48,000 nt of DNA from an uncultured Clostridia bacterium (lineage in GTDB: Bacteria; Bacillota; Clostridia; Oscillospirales; Ruminococcaceae): positions 1 to 48,000 of the forward strand of contig CALXAK010000113.1 in NCBI GenBank assembly GCA_944386255.1, written 5' to 3'. How positions within the stretch are numbered: the stretch's first letter is position 1; every line of letters starts with the position of its first letter. Under the pieces are notes generated by a model that made no database searches, was not told the DNA's origin, and was given only the letters and a program-made list of their open reading frames with translations. The translations under genes and the position numbers were made by a program. Shown here piece after piece: positions 32,435-41,218 of the stretch.

Positions 32435-32836
32435 ATGGATAACGATTTCAACATGTTTGACGATTCCACCGTCGGCAGCCTCAAGATTTCCGAGGATGTC
32501 ATCGCCACCATCGCAAGGGTTTCTGCCCTCGAGATAGACGGCGTGGCGGACGTGTCCCTCTCCTCCACCGGAGTAAAGGGCTTTCTCAGCAAATCCGCCA
32601 ACCTCAAGGCGGTAAAGGTGGACATGGACGGCGACGCCGTTGGGGTGGAGATCAACCTCATCGTGGAGTTCGGCAGCCGCATCCCCGACATCGCAGCCGC
32701 CGTTCAAAGGAGTGTTAAGTCCTCCATCGAGACCATTACCGGCCTTTCCACCTACCGGGTGGACATTGTGGTGGCCGGCATCGGCGCCCCCGCTGTCCCC
32801 GGCGATGGGGCGGAGGCTTCGGATGACCAGGCGTGA
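32435..32836 (+). CDS. Asp23/Gls24-family alkaline shock protein (YqhY-like)
   Basis: 133 aa. The segment GSLKISEDVIATIARVSALEIDGVA...V.VEINLIVEFG..IPDIAAAVQ..VK..IE..TGL.....DI.V is typical of Asp23. Sits upstream of nusB, as in Bacillus. Confidence 0.88.
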   Translation: MDNDFNMFDDSTVGSLKISEDVIATIARVSALEIDGVADVSLSSTGVKGFLSKSANLKAVKVDMDGDAVGVEINLIVEFGSRIPDIAAAVQRSVKSSIETITGLSTYRVDIVVAGIGAPAVPGDGAEASDDQA

Positions 32837-33233
32837 GGCGAGGGAAGCCGCATTTAAGCTTGTCTTCAGCAAGAGCATCAACGACCAGCCGCTGAGCGAG
32901 ATGTACAGCGACCTGGAGGACTGCCTGCCGGAGCTGGACGATTTTGCAAAACTTCTGGCGGAGCGCACCCTCTCCAACCTTGCCGCCATAGACGACCTTA
33001 TCTCCGCAAACCTAGTGGGCTGGAGCATCGGCAGGATTCCAAAGGTCTCTCTGGCGCTGCTGAGGATAAGTGCCGCTCAGCTACTCTATTTCGAGGATAT
33101 CCCCGACAGCGTGGTCATCAACGAGGCCGTGGAGCTTGCCAAGCTGTACGGGTCGGATGATGAATACGTCTTTATCAACGGGGCTTTGCGAGGCATACTC
33201 ACCACCGTGAGGAGCGGCTCAAAGGAACAGTGA
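32823..33233 (+). CDS. nusB: Transcription antitermination factor NusB
   Basis: ATG 32823 (MTRREAREAAFKLVFS) overlaps asp23 by 14 nt. INEAVELAKLYGSDDEYVFINGALRGI is typical of NusB. 136 aa. Confidence 0.92.
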   Translation: MTRREAREAAFKLVFSKSINDQPLSEMYSDLEDCLPELDDFAKLLAERTLSNLAAIDDLISANLVGWSIGRIPKVSLALLRISAAQLLYFEDIPDSVVINEAVELAKLYGSDDEYVFINGALRGILTTVRSGSKEQ

Positions 33234-33241
33234 CCAAAGCT

Positions 33242-33268
33242 CGACATTCCCCCAGGAGGGGAATGTCG
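33242..33268 (+). promoter_or_regulatory. Hairpin enclosing the xseA ribosome-binding site
   Basis: CGACATTCCCC (33242-33252) pairs with GGGGAATGTCG (33258-33268). The loop/apex is CAGGA, so AGGAGG (33254-33259) lies in the loop and 3' arm. It is followed by CTTTG. Confidence 0.55.
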
Positions 33269-33270
33269 CT

Positions 33271-34479
33271 TTGTCTAATTGGGATATGGAAAGAACGGTA
33301 ACGGTCTGCGCCCTTAACAGATATGTAAAAGCGCTGCTGGAGTCGGACGAAAACCTCCAAAGCATCTGGGTGGAGGGGGAGATAACCAACTGCTCCCTCA
33401 ACAGCGCCTCCGGTCACCTGTACTTCTCTTTGAGGGATGAACGGGCGGCCGTATTTGCCGTTATGTTCAGGTCCAGCGCCGCGCGCCTCAGGTTCCTGCC
33501 CAAGGACGGGGTAAAGGTGCAGGCGCTCTGCCGGGTGTCGCTCTATGAAAAGGGCGGCAGCTACCAGGTCGTCGTGGAGCAGATGCGCCTGGCTGGGGAG
33601 GGGGAGCAGATGCGGCTGCTCCGCCAGCTGCAGCAGAAGCTCGCCTCCGAGGGCCTCTTTGACCAGAGCCGGAAGCGCCCTCTGCCCGCCTACCCCTCCA
33701 GCATAGCGGTGGTGACCTCGAGGGATGCTGCCGCATTTCAGGACATAATAAAAATCCTCTCGAGGCGCTGGCCCTGCGCCCGGGTGCTGTTGTTCCACAG
33801 CTCGGTGCAGGGTATATTCGCCGAGGAGGAGCTGGTGCAGGCCATCGCCGCCGCCGGGGCCTCCGGCTGCGACGTGGCGGTGGTTTCAAGGGGCGGCGGC
33901 TCCAAGGAGGACCTTTTTGTCTTTAACAGCGAAAGGGTGGTGAGGGCAGCTGCAGCCCTTCCCATGCCCTTTGTGTCGGCGGTGGGCCACGAGACCGACG
34001 TGACCCTCATAGACCTTGCCGCGGATATGCGCGCGCCCACCCCCTCGGCGGCGGCGGAGCTTATCTCTCCGGATCGGGAGGCGGTGCTGGCCTGGCTTGC
34101 CGAGCGGCTTGAGGGCATGGCCGGTTCTGCCGTCGCAGGGCTGGATTTCCTCGCCGGCCGGGCGCTGCAGCAGGAGGAGAAGCTCTGCTCCGGCATGGAG
34201 CTCACCCTGCAGCGCTCAAAGGACCGCCGGGACGGAGCCGCAGCAGCGCTGGCGGGAGGCATCTCCGGGAGGCTTGATGGCCTCTTTGCGTCCCTCGCGA
34301 AGCTTGCGGCGGTCAGCGATTCCCTTAGCCCCCTCGCGGTGCTGGGCAGAGGCTACTGCCGGGTGTCCCGGGGAGGGGACAGCATAACCTCCAGCCGCAG
34401 CCTCGCCGCCGGAGACCTTGTAACCCTGAGCTTTGCCGACGGCGAGTCCCAGGCAGTCATCCAAGGAGATAACAGATGA
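33271..34479 (+). CDS. xseA: Exodeoxyribonuclease VII large subunit
   Basis: OB fold (LNRYVKALLESDENLQSIWVEGEITN) and catalytic domain (IAVVTS...GAAFQDI, VSRGGGSKEDL, SAVGHETD). The start is ambiguous: TTG 33271 (11 nt after GGAGG) or ATG 33286. Confidence 0.9.
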   Translation: MSNWDMERTVTVCALNRYVKALLESDENLQSIWVEGEITNCSLNSASGHLYFSLRDERAAVFAVMFRSSAARLRFLPKDGVKVQALCRVSLYEKGGSYQVVVEQMRLAGEGEQMRLLRQLQQKLASEGLFDQSRKRPLPAYPSSIAVVTSRDAAAFQDIIKILSRRWPCARVLLFHSSVQGIFAEEELVQAIAAAGASGCDVAVVSRGGGSKEDLFVFNSERVVRAAAALPMPFVSAVGHETDVTLIDLAADMRAPTPSAAAELISPDREAVLAWLAERLEGMAGSAVAGLDFLAGRALQQEEKLCSGMELTLQRSKDRRDGAAAALAGGISGRLDGLFASLAKLAAVSDSLSPLAVLGRGYCRVSRGGDSITSSRSLAAGDLVTLSFADGESQAVIQGDNR

Positions 34480-34673
34480 AGGAAGTCACATTTGAAGCCG
34501 CTATGGCGAGAATAGACGAGATAAACGAGCTCATCGCCTCCGGGGAGACCACCCTGGACCGGTCGCTGGAGCTCTTCAAGGAGGCCGCGAGCCTCATAGC
34601 CTTCTGCAACAAGCGCCTCTCGGAGGCGAAGCTGGAGGTGGAGGAGATAAGAAAGGAAGTGCTGGACTCATGA
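34476..34673 (+). CDS. xseB: Exodeoxyribonuclease VII small subunit
   Basis: 65 aa. FEAAMARIDEINELIASGETTLDRSLELFKEA is the XseB signature. ATGA overlap with xseA. Confidence 0.9.
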   Translation: MKEVTFEAAMARIDEINELIASGETTLDRSLELFKEAASLIAFCNKRLSEAKLEVEEIRKEVLDS

Positions 34674-35545
34674 CCGGTTTTGAGCAGACCTACAGCGCCT
34701 TTGGCCGTCTGCTGGAGCAGGAGCTCGCCCGGCGCATGGCCGCGCTGGACCCGGAGTCCTCGGTGGCAAAGGCCATGGCCTACAGCCTTCTCGGTGGGGG
34801 CAAGAGGGTGCGTGGAGTGCTCACCCTCGCCTGCTGCGAGGCGGTGGGCGGCACTGCAGAGGCCGCCCTTCCTGCGGCGGCTGCGGTGGAGATGCTCCAC
34901 TGCTATTCCCTCATACACGACGACCTGCCCTGCATGGACGACGACGACATGCGGCGGGGGAAGCCCGCGTGCCACGTGGCCTTCGGGGAGGCGGTGGCAC
35001 TGCTCGCCGGAGACGCCCTGCTCACCGAGGCTTTCCTCTGTCTTGCGGACATTTCCCCGGCCGAGGCGGCCCGCAGCTGTGTCGAGGCTCTGTCCGCGGC
35101 TGCCGGCCCCCGCGGAATGGTGCTGGGCCAGGAGCTGGACCTCAGCTACGCCCGGGAGAGCGAGCAGAACCTTCGACGCATAAATTCCCTCAAGACCGGC
35201 AGGCTGCTGGAGGCGTGTGCTCTGATGGGGGCCGCCTGCGGCGGAGCTGGTGAGGATATGGCCGAGGCCCTGCGGGAGTATGCCTCCTGCATAGGGCTCG
35301 CCTTCCAGATAAAGGACGATATTCTGGACATGACCTCCCAGAGTGCCCTTCTCGGCAAGCCGGTGAACAGCGACGCCCACAACGGCAAGGCCACCTTTGC
35401 CTCCATCTTCGGCCTCGAGTCCGCCATGCAGAGGGCGAAGGAGCTCACGGCGGATGCGGAATCGGCGGTGCGCACTGCGCTGCCCGGCGACAGGGCGGAA
35501 TTTCTCTCCGATCTCGCCTGGTGGCTCTACAACCGGGACAGGTGA
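34670..35545 (+). CDS. ispA: Polyprenyl (farnesyl/geranyl) diphosphate synthase
   Basis: First and second Asp-rich motifs LIHDDLPCMDDDDMRRG and FQIKDDILD. 291 aa. ATGA overlap with xseB. Confidence 0.9.
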   Translation: MTGFEQTYSAFGRLLEQELARRMAALDPESSVAKAMAYSLLGGGKRVRGVLTLACCEAVGGTAEAALPAAAAVEMLHCYSLIHDDLPCMDDDDMRRGKPACHVAFGEAVALLAGDALLTEAFLCLADISPAEAARSCVEALSAAAGPRGMVLGQELDLSYARESEQNLRRINSLKTGRLLEACALMGAACGGAGEDMAEALREYASCIGLAFQIKDDILDMTSQSALLGKPVNSDAHNGKATFASIFGLESAMQRAKELTADAESAVRTALPGDRAEFLSDLAWWLYNRDR

Positions 35546-35554
35546 GGTCTTGCC

Positions 35555-37429
35555 ATGGCTGAAAGCAAGCTAAAAGATATAAAGAGCCCCGGGGCGCTGC
35601 GCTCCATGACCATGTCGCAGCTGCAGGAGCTCTGCCAGGAGATCCGCCGGGAGCTGATAGACGTGGTCTCGGCAAACGGCGGGCACCTCGCCTCAAACCT
35701 GGGGGTTGTGGAGCTCACGGTTGCGCTGCACCGGGTGTTCAGCTCCCCCAGGGACAGCTTTGTGTTCGATGTGGGCCACCAGGCCTATGTCCACAAGCTG
35801 CTCACCGGCCGCGCAGAGGTATTCTCCACCCTTCGCACCGAAGGGGGGATCTCCGGCTTCCCAAAGCCCGCCGAGAGCCCTCACGACAGCTTTATCGAGG
35901 GCCACTGCGGCGCTGCCCTCTCTGCCGCCATCGGCCTCGCCCGGGCAAAGCAGCTCAAGGGGGACATGTCCAAGGTGGTGGTGGTGCTGGGGGACGGCTC
36001 CTTCACCAACGGCATGACCTATGAGGCGGTAAACAACATCGACCACTCCCTTAAAAACCTCATAGTGGTACTCAACGACAACAGCATGTCCATCTCCAAA
36101 AGCGTTGGGTCGGTGGCAAGGTATCTCTTCCGCCTTCGCACCAACAGCGGCTACTCAAAGCTCAAAACCGCCGTGGAGGGAGCGCTCAACAGCGTCCCCC
36201 TTGTGGGCAAGCCTCTGACCCGCTGCCTCGCCGCGGCAAAGTCCCTGGCGAGAAGGGCCATATACGACGGGGTGCTCTTTGAGGAGCTGGGCTTCAGGTA
36301 TGTTGGCCCGGTGGACGGCCACGACCTCCCGGAACTGGTGGGGCTTTTCTCCGAGCTCAACAAGAGCTCCGGCCCCATGCTGGTGCATGTGATTACCTCC
36401 AAGGGCAAGGGCTTCCAGCTGGCAGAGGAGAACCCCGGGGCCTACCACGGCGTGGGCAGCTTCGACATCGAAAAGGGCAACCCGGACATTGCTGAGTCCG
36501 ACTGTTTCTCCAACGTTTTCGGCAGGCTTCTTGCCTCCCTCGCGGACCGGGACGGCAGCATCTGCGCCATAACCGCAGCCATGAAGTACGGCACCGGCCT
36601 CAACTTCTTTGCCCACTCCCACAGGGAGCGGTTCTTCGACGTTGGCATCGCCGAGGAGCACGCCGTAACCTTTGCGGCGGGGCTCTCAAAGGGCGGCATG
36701 CGCCCGGTGCTCTCGGTCTACTCCACCTTTTTGCAAAGGAGCTTCGACCAGCTCTACCACGACATACTGCTGAACCGGGCCGATCTGCTGCTGGCGGTGG
36801 ATAGGGCGGGGCTTGTGGGCTCGGACGGGGAGACCCACCAGGGCCTCATGGACGTTGCCATGCTCACCGCCATAGGCGGGTTCACGGTGGTGTCCCCCTG
36901 CAACTACGGTGAACTGCGCTTCTGGACCGAAAAGCTCATGCAGACCCGCGGCCAGCGGGCGATAAGATATCCCCGCGGCGCCGAGGACCCGGAGCTCGCC
37001 GCCTTCCAGCCCTCCGGCAACCCCACCGACCTTATCCCCCGGCCCGGCGCTTCGGCGCTGCTGGTCACCTACGGCCGGGAACTCGCCCAGGTGCTGCGCG
37101 CCGCAAGGGAGCTGGACGGGCAGGGCATTTCCTGCGACGTCATGAAGCTCAACGTAATCTGGCCGCTCAGGGAGGAGGATATCACCGCCGCCCTCGGCTA
37201 CAAGCTGGTTTTCTTCGCCGAGGAGGGGGTGCGCTCCGGGGGAATAGGGGAGCACTTTGTTTCAAGGCTTTACCAGCAGGGCTATTCCGGCCTTTGCGGC
37301 ATCGCCGCCGCCGGGAGCGCCGCCGTGCCCCAGAGCGAACTGGAGCCGGCAATGAGGTTCTGCGGCATAGACAGCAGCAGCATTGCGGAAAGGGTGAGGG
37401 AGATTGCCGAACAAAAGAATAAGGCTTGA
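35555..37429 (+). CDS. dxs: 1-deoxy-D-xylulose-5-phosphate synthase
   Basis: 624 aa. Motifs: GGHLASNLGVVELTVALH, DVGHQAY.HK.LTGR, TPP motif GDGSFTNGMTYEA...NDN, and IAEEHAVTFAAGL. Confidence 0.95.
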   Translation: MAESKLKDIKSPGALRSMTMSQLQELCQEIRRELIDVVSANGGHLASNLGVVELTVALHRVFSSPRDSFVFDVGHQAYVHKLLTGRAEVFSTLRTEGGISGFPKPAESPHDSFIEGHCGAALSAAIGLARAKQLKGDMSKVVVVLGDGSFTNGMTYEAVNNIDHSLKNLIVVLNDNSMSISKSVGSVARYLFRLRTNSGYSKLKTAVEGALNSVPLVGKPLTRCLAAAKSLARRAIYDGVLFEELGFRYVGPVDGHDLPELVGLFSELNKSSGPMLVHVITSKGKGFQLAEENPGAYHGVGSFDIEKGNPDIAESDCFSNVFGRLLASLADRDGSICAITAAMKYGTGLNFFAHSHRERFFDVGIAEEHAVTFAAGLSKGGMRPVLSVYSTFLQRSFDQLYHDILLNRADLLLAVDRAGLVGSDGETHQGLMDVAMLTAIGGFTVVSPCNYGELRFWTEKLMQTRGQRAIRYPRGAEDPELAAFQPSGNPTDLIPRPGASALLVTYGRELAQVLRAARELDGQGISCDVMKLNVIWPLREEDITAALGYKLVFFAEEGVRSGGIGEHFVSRLYQQGYSGLCGIAAAGSAAVPQSELEPAMRFCGIDSSSIAERVREIAEQKNKA

Positions 37430-38204
37430 TGTCTACCTCGCCGAGCACGCTCTGGCCGAGAGCCGGGAGAAGGCAAAGGCGCTGATAATGTCGGGCTGCG
37501 TGTTTGTGAACGGCGAGCGGGAGGACAAGGCCGGGGCGCTGGTGCCGGAGGGAGCTTCGGTGGAGCTGCGCGGAGGGGATCTGCCCTATGTAAGCCGCGG
37601 GGGCCTCAAGCTGGAGAAGGCCATGAACACCTTCCCCATCTCACCGAACGGTCTCGTGTGCGCCGACATCGGCGCCTCCACCGGGGGCTTCACCGACTGC
37701 ATGCTGCAGAACGGGGCCCAAAAGGTCTACGCTGTGGATGTGGGCTACGGCCAGCTGGCCTGGAAGCTGCGCTGCGACAGCAGGGTGGTGAACCTCGAGC
37801 GCACCAACGCGAGGTTCCTCTCCCCGGAGATAATCCCGGAACCGGTGGAGTTCTTTTCGGTGGACGTGTCCTTCATATCTCTTAAACTGATACTCCCCGC
37901 CATACGAAGGGTGGCGTCCCCCGCCGCGGTTGGGGTCTGCCTTATAAAACCCCAGTTTGAGGCCGGGCGGGAAAAGGTGGGCAAAAACGGCGTGGTCCGC
38001 GACCCCGAGGTGCACATTGAGGTGATTGAATCGGTGCTCGGCTATGCTAGAGACTCCGGCTTTTCGCCACTTGCGCTCACCCATTCTCCCATAAAGGGAC
38101 CCTCCGGCAACATTGAATACCTGCTGCTGCTGGGCGAGGACCCCGCGGACCCCATCGACATAAATTCAGCGGTGGCCTCTGCCCACCGGGAACTGAAGGG
38201 CTGA
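37404..38204 (+). CDS. tlyA: TlyA-family 16S/23S rRNA (cytidine-2'-O)-methyltransferase
   Basis: S4 domain (RLDVYLAEHALAESREKAKALI) and SAM motif (CADIGASTGGFTDC). TTG start 37404 overlaps the dxs end by 26 nt, and the start is uncertain. Confidence 0.85.
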   Translation: MPNKRIRLDVYLAEHALAESREKAKALIMSGCVFVNGEREDKAGALVPEGASVELRGGDLPYVSRGGLKLEKAMNTFPISPNGLVCADIGASTGGFTDCMLQNGAQKVYAVDVGYGQLAWKLRCDSRVVNLERTNARFLSPEIIPEPVEFFSVDVSFISLKLILPAIRRVASPAAVGVCLIKPQFEAGREKVGKNGVVRDPEVHIEVIESVLGYARDSGFSPLALTHSPIKGPSGNIEYLLLLGEDPADPIDINSAVASAHRELKG

Positions 38205-38207
38205 TAC

Positions 38208-39047
38208 ATGAATCTGCTTATCTGCTCCAACAATTCTGCGCGTCCCGGCGACACAGCCGCCGTGGTGTCGCTGCTATGGGCCGCCGGCTACAGCTGCATT
38301 GCCGACGACCTGCCGGAGAACCGGGACATCCCCGGCCTTCGTCTGCTGCCCCCCGCCGAGTGCGACGCAGCCGCCGACCGCCTCGTGTCGGTGGGAGGGG
38401 ACGGCACCATGCTGCGCAGCGCCCAGAGGGCCATAGCCTGCCAAAAGGAGATATTCGGTGTCAACACCGGCAGGCTCGGCTTCCTCTGTGCCTTCGACAT
38501 ACGCCGCCCGGAGCTTATTACCGCTGAGGCGCTGCAGACGCTGGAGGCGTCGCCGAGGTCGGTGCTGGAGGTCAGCTGCTCCAGCCGCCCGGGGGAGCGC
38601 TGGCTTGCGGTAAACGACCTTGTGGTTTCAAAGGGCGCCCTCTCAAAAACCGTCTGCCTCAGGGTGAGCGCGGATGAGAGGCAGATAGGCGCCTACCGGG
38701 GGGACGGGGTCATAGTCGCCACCCCCACCGGCTCCACCGCCTACTCCCTCTCGGCGGGAGGGCCGGTAGTGGATCCGTCGTTGGACGTCATGCTTCTCAC
38801 CCCCATCTGCTCCCACTCCTTCTTCTCCGGAAGCGTGGTGCTGGACGGCTCCAGCGGCATACGCATAGAGCAGGCGGAGCGGGCCCAGAACGACCTCTAC
38901 CTCTCGGTGGACAGCTTCTGCTCCTTCCGGCTGCCGGAGGGGAGCGAGGTGTTCGCCAAGAGGAGCGGGCGGGTTTTGAAGCTGCTGGTCTCCCGTTCGA
39001 GGGATTTTTACGGTATACTCAAAAGCAGGATAGCGGAGGATGCATAG
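38208..39047 (+). CDS. nadK: NAD kinase
   Basis: GGDGTMLR, N.GRLGFL and TPTGSTAYSLSAGGP motifs. 279 aa. Confidence 0.9.
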   Translation: MNLLICSNNSARPGDTAAVVSLLWAAGYSCIADDLPENRDIPGLRLLPPAECDAAADRLVSVGGDGTMLRSAQRAIACQKEIFGVNTGRLGFLCAFDIRRPELITAEALQTLEASPRSVLEVSCSSRPGERWLAVNDLVVSKGALSKTVCLRVSADERQIGAYRGDGVIVATPTGSTAYSLSAGGPVVDPSLDVMLLTPICSHSFFSGSVVLDGSSGIRIEQAERAQNDLYLSVDSFCSFRLPEGSEVFAKRSGRVLKLLVSRSRDFYGILKSRIAEDA

Positions 39048-39050
39048 AGC

Positions 39051-39497
39051 ATGAAAGCCAACAGACTTAAGACCATCGCAAGGCTCATAGAGGAGCGCCC
39101 CATCTCCACCCAGGAGGAGCTGCAGAGCCTGCTGCAGCAGAACGGCTTCAGCGTTACCCAGGCCACAGTGTCCCGGGACATAAAGGAGCTGGGACTCGCA
39201 AAGCTGGTGGGGGAGGACGGCAGCTACCGCTATGTGATATCCCCCGCCAAGAGCTCCGAGACGGTGCAGGAGCAGTTTATCACCATCTTCCGCCAGGCGG
39301 TAATAGGCATATCCCTCTGCGGCAACCTGGTGATACTAAAGTGCCACACCGGCACCGGCAACGCCGCCTGCGCCGCGCTGGACTCGCTCAACATCCAGAA
39401 GATCGCCGGCACCATCGCCGGGGACGACACCATCTTCTGCGCCGTTCAGGAGCAGGACGGCCCGGCGGTGGTTGAGCTGCTCAACAACATGCTTTAA
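39051..39497 (+). CDS. argR: Arginine repressor
   Basis: 148 aa with a winged helix (QEELQSLLQQNGFSVTQATVSRDIKEL) and a C-terminal oligomerisation/arginine-binding domain (GTIAGDDTIF). Confidence 0.92.
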   Translation: MKANRLKTIARLIEERPISTQEELQSLLQQNGFSVTQATVSRDIKELGLAKLVGEDGSYRYVISPAKSSETVQEQFITIFRQAVIGISLCGNLVILKCHTGTGNAACAALDSLNIQKIAGTIAGDDTIFCAVQEQDGPAVVELLNNML

Positions 39498-39510
39498 TGG
39501 GTTGGTTTAG

Positions 39511-41178
39511 ATGTTAAAAGAGCTGGTAATAGAAAACCTTGCGGTGATAGAAAAGGCCCAGGTCACCTTCGACCGTGCCCTCAACGTGCTCACCGTCGAG
39601 ACCGGCGCCGGCAAGTCCATTCTGATAGACGCCATAAACGCCATCACCGGCAACCGCACCTCCAAGGAGATTGTGCGCACCGGCGAGGAGCGCGCTGTGA
39701 TCTGGGCGGTGTTTCAGGAGGTGGGCCCGGCGGTGGAGGCGATGCTCTCCGACATGGGCTATCAGCCGGAGGGAGAGCTGGTGCTCAACCGGGAGATACA
39801 AAAAGACGGCAGGACCCGCTGCCGCATAAACGGCCGCCCCGCGTCCGCTTCGCAGCTGCGGGAGGTGTGCGTCACCCTCATCAACATCCACGGCCAGCAC
39901 GACAGCCAGGCTCTGCTGGACCCGGAAAAGCACATACATATCCTGGACGCCTTTGGGGCGCTGCAGGAGCAGGTCAGGGACTACTCCCGGGTGTATGGGG
40001 AGCTCACAAAAACCATCTCCGCCATAAGGGCCATAGACACCGACGAGGCCGCAAAGCAGCGCCGCATGGACCTTCTCAGCTACCAGATAGAGGAGATAAC
40101 CGCGGCGAACCTTCGCCCGGGGGAGGAGGAGGCGCTCGCCGAGCGCCGCGCAATCCTGAGAAACTCCGAAAAGCTGTCGGCTGCCCTTCACGAAGCCGCC
40201 GGAGCCATTGACGGGCAGGAGCAGCCCGGGGCGCTGGAACTGCTCTATTCCGCCGCCCAGAGCCTCGGGTCGGTGGCCCCCCTCGCGGAGCAGCTGGCAA
40301 GGACCGCTGAGCGGCTGAACGACCTCTATTACGCTTTGGCCGACGCGGCAGAGGACATAAAGGCCTCCCTCGAGGGCTTTTCATCCGAGGACGAGGATAT
40401 AGATTCCATCGAGGGCCGCCTCGACCTAATCCACCGCTTGAAGCTAAAGTACGGCGGCTCGGTGGATGAGGTGCTGGAGTTTCTGAAAGCCGCCCAGGAG
40501 GAGCTCTCCGCCATCGAGACCGGCGACCAGAGATTGCTGGAGCTGGAGAAGCAGCGGGAGGCGCTCACCCGGCAGGCTTCCGAGCTTGCGGACCGGCTCA
40601 CCGCCCGGCGGCGGGAGGCGTTCTCCGCCTTCCAGCGGCAGATAAAGTCGGAGCTGCAGTTCCTAAACATGCCGGACGTGGCCTTCTCCTGCTCCCACAG
40701 GGTGGGGGAGCTGGGCCCCGGCGGCCGGGACTCTATCGAGTTTCTCATATCCACCAACCCCGGCGAGCCACCAAAGCCCATGGCGAAAATTGCCTCCGGC
40801 GGTGAGCTCTCCAGGATAATGCTGGCGATTAAAAATGTCCTCGCCGACAAGGACGAGATAAAAACCCTGATCTTCGACGAGGTGGACACCGGGGTCAGCG
40901 GCAGCGGAGCCCAGAAGATAGGCACAAAGCTCAAACAGGCCTCCGCCTCCCGGCAGATAATCTGCGTGACCCACTCCGCCGCCATCGCCGCCTACGCCGA
41001 CTGCCACCTCTTTATCTCAAAGGGGGTGCGGGAGGGCAGGACCTACACCTCGGTGCAGCGCCTCGGCTTTGAGCAGCGCAAGCGGGAGATAGCGAGGATT
41101 ATTTCGGGGGATCTCGTGAGCGACACAGCCATAAAAAACGCCGAGGAGATGCTCCTCTCCTCCGGTTCGTCAGAGTGA
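39511..41178 (+). CDS. recN: DNA repair protein RecN (SMC-like ATPase)
   Basis: MLKELVIENLAVIEKAQVTF..LNVLTVETGAGKSILIDAI, a long coiled coil, the signature ASGGELSRIMLAIK and Walker B LIFDEVDTGVSG. The P-loop reads VETGAGKS rather than GETGAGKS (see findings). Confidence 0.92.
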   Translation: MLKELVIENLAVIEKAQVTFDRALNVLTVETGAGKSILIDAINAITGNRTSKEIVRTGEERAVIWAVFQEVGPAVEAMLSDMGYQPEGELVLNREIQKDGRTRCRINGRPASASQLREVCVTLINIHGQHDSQALLDPEKHIHILDAFGALQEQVRDYSRVYGELTKTISAIRAIDTDEAAKQRRMDLLSYQIEEITAANLRPGEEEALAERRAILRNSEKLSAALHEAAGAIDGQEQPGALELLYSAAQSLGSVAPLAEQLARTAERLNDLYYALADAAEDIKASLEGFSSEDEDIDSIEGRLDLIHRLKLKYGGSVDEVLEFLKAAQEELSAIETGDQRLLELEKQREALTRQASELADRLTARRREAFSAFQRQIKSELQFLNMPDVAFSCSHRVGELGPGGRDSIEFLISTNPGEPPKPMAKIASGGELSRIMLAIKNVLADKDEIKTLIFDEVDTGVSGSGAQKIGTKLKQASASRQIICVTHSAAIAAYADCHLFISKGVREGRTYTSVQRLGFEQRKREIARIISGDLVSDTAIKNAEEMLLSSGSSE

Positions 41179-41183
41179 AAGAA

Positions 41184-41216
41184 CCCGGCAGCCCTCTTTT
41201 GGCCGCCGGGCTTTTT
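41184..41216. terminator. Bidirectional terminator between convergent recN and dapA
   Basis: CCCGGCAGCC (41184-41193) pairs with GGCCGCCGGG (41201-41210), an imperfect stem. It is followed by CTTTTTCTTT on the + strand and is T-rich on the minus strand as well. Confidence 0.65.
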
Positions 41217-41218
41217 CT

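Noticed and set aside
39498-39510. Looked for a LexA/DinR (Cheo) box GAAC-N4-GTTC upstream of recN, an SOS gene in Bacillus.
   Set aside because: Only 13 nt separate argR and recN, and no GAAC-N4-GTTC motif is present there or in the 3' end of argR.
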